Virus record (IMG/VR): IMGVR_UViG_2061766007_000848
DNA length: 64,000 bases
From: an uncultured virus (IMG/VR IMGVR_UViG_2061766007_000848)
Lineage: Duplodnaviria > Heunggongvirae > Uroviricota > Caudoviricetes
Direction: 5' to 3' (one strand)
The notes beneath the pieces were generated by a model. That model saw only the letters and a list, made by a program, of their open reading frames with translations, had not been told where the DNA came from and did no database searches. Made by a program: the position numbers and the translations under genes. This document shows, piece after piece, positions 63,824 to 64,000 of the stretch (the stretch's first letter is position 1; each line of letters begins with the position of its first letter).

Positions 63824-64000
63824 TTATATAAACGAATATTTAAATCCAGTGAATAATTTATTGGAACCTAAAGTTGCTAACCAAATAGAAGAACTAATAT
63901 CGTCATTCTCCCCTACTGACTCCAAGCCTTTGTCCGTAAACGCCACAGAACTTAAATCAGAAAAAATTAAATCTTTAACATCTTGCGAATATTTATCGCC
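63824..64000 (-). CDS. Probable terminase large subunit, C-terminal fragment
   Basis: Open frame from the window edge reading GLESVGENDDISSSIWLA, resembling the TerL nuclease-domain DD motif; upstream of the portal module. Confidence 0.55.
   Translation of the reverse strand, partial: GDKYSQDVKDLIFSDLSSVAFTDKGLESVGENDDISSSIWLATLGSNKLFTGFKYSFI

Noticed and set aside
1..64000. Apparent frameshifts and split genes in capsid, portal, sheath, primase, helicase, GT and others
   Set aside because: The breaks coincide with N-runs and motifs continue in another frame afterwards. They are gap-length artefacts, not pseudogenes or programmed frameshifts.
1..64000. Stop-codon reassignment as in some Bacteroidota phages
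   Set aside because: Genes are long and densely packed under the standard code, and TAG, TGA and TAA all occur at plausible gene ends.
1..64000. tRNA genes or CRISPR arrays
   Set aside because: No cloverleaf or regularly spaced repeats were seen by eye, and intergenic space is minimal.

Overview
The window is part of a large contractile-tailed (myovirus) phage genome with SPO1/Twort-like gene architecture. Every credible gene is on the minus strand. In transcription order (right to left) it carries: the 3' end of a probable terminase large subunit; a free-standing GIY-YIG endonuclease; a P-loop kinase, ferritin-like, DUF2786 and 5'-3' exonuclease genes; a 5-hmdU DNA kinase helical-domain gene; the portal; a fibre with its chaperone and a lysis cassette; a ~11 kb insert between portal and prohead protease; protease/scaffold, major capsid, neck, sheath, tube, tape measure, baseplate and a large LRR tail fibre; then SF2 helicase, DnaB, primase, a sigma factor and a thymidylate-synthase-like hydroxymethylase. 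Bacteroidota-type promoters (TTTG-N19-TAnnTTTG) and A-rich starts without Shine-Dalgarno sequences point to a Bacteroidota host. Main hypotheses: (1) a family of modular, probably capsid-packaged effectors sharing N-terminal leaders rich in [hydrophobic]-x-K-[A/S/G] sites like those in the scaffold and capsid, fused to different enzyme domains (kinase plus ADP-ribosyltransferase-like, AAA+ ATPase, primase-like); (2) a dispersed DNA hypermodification pathway, possibly including a glycosyltransferase/deacetylase pair; (3) a recurrent CAGTTATA late-promoter motif. Many N-gaps break reading frames. I joined such genes by eye, so their boundaries are approximate. All family assignments come from motif recognition, not database searches.
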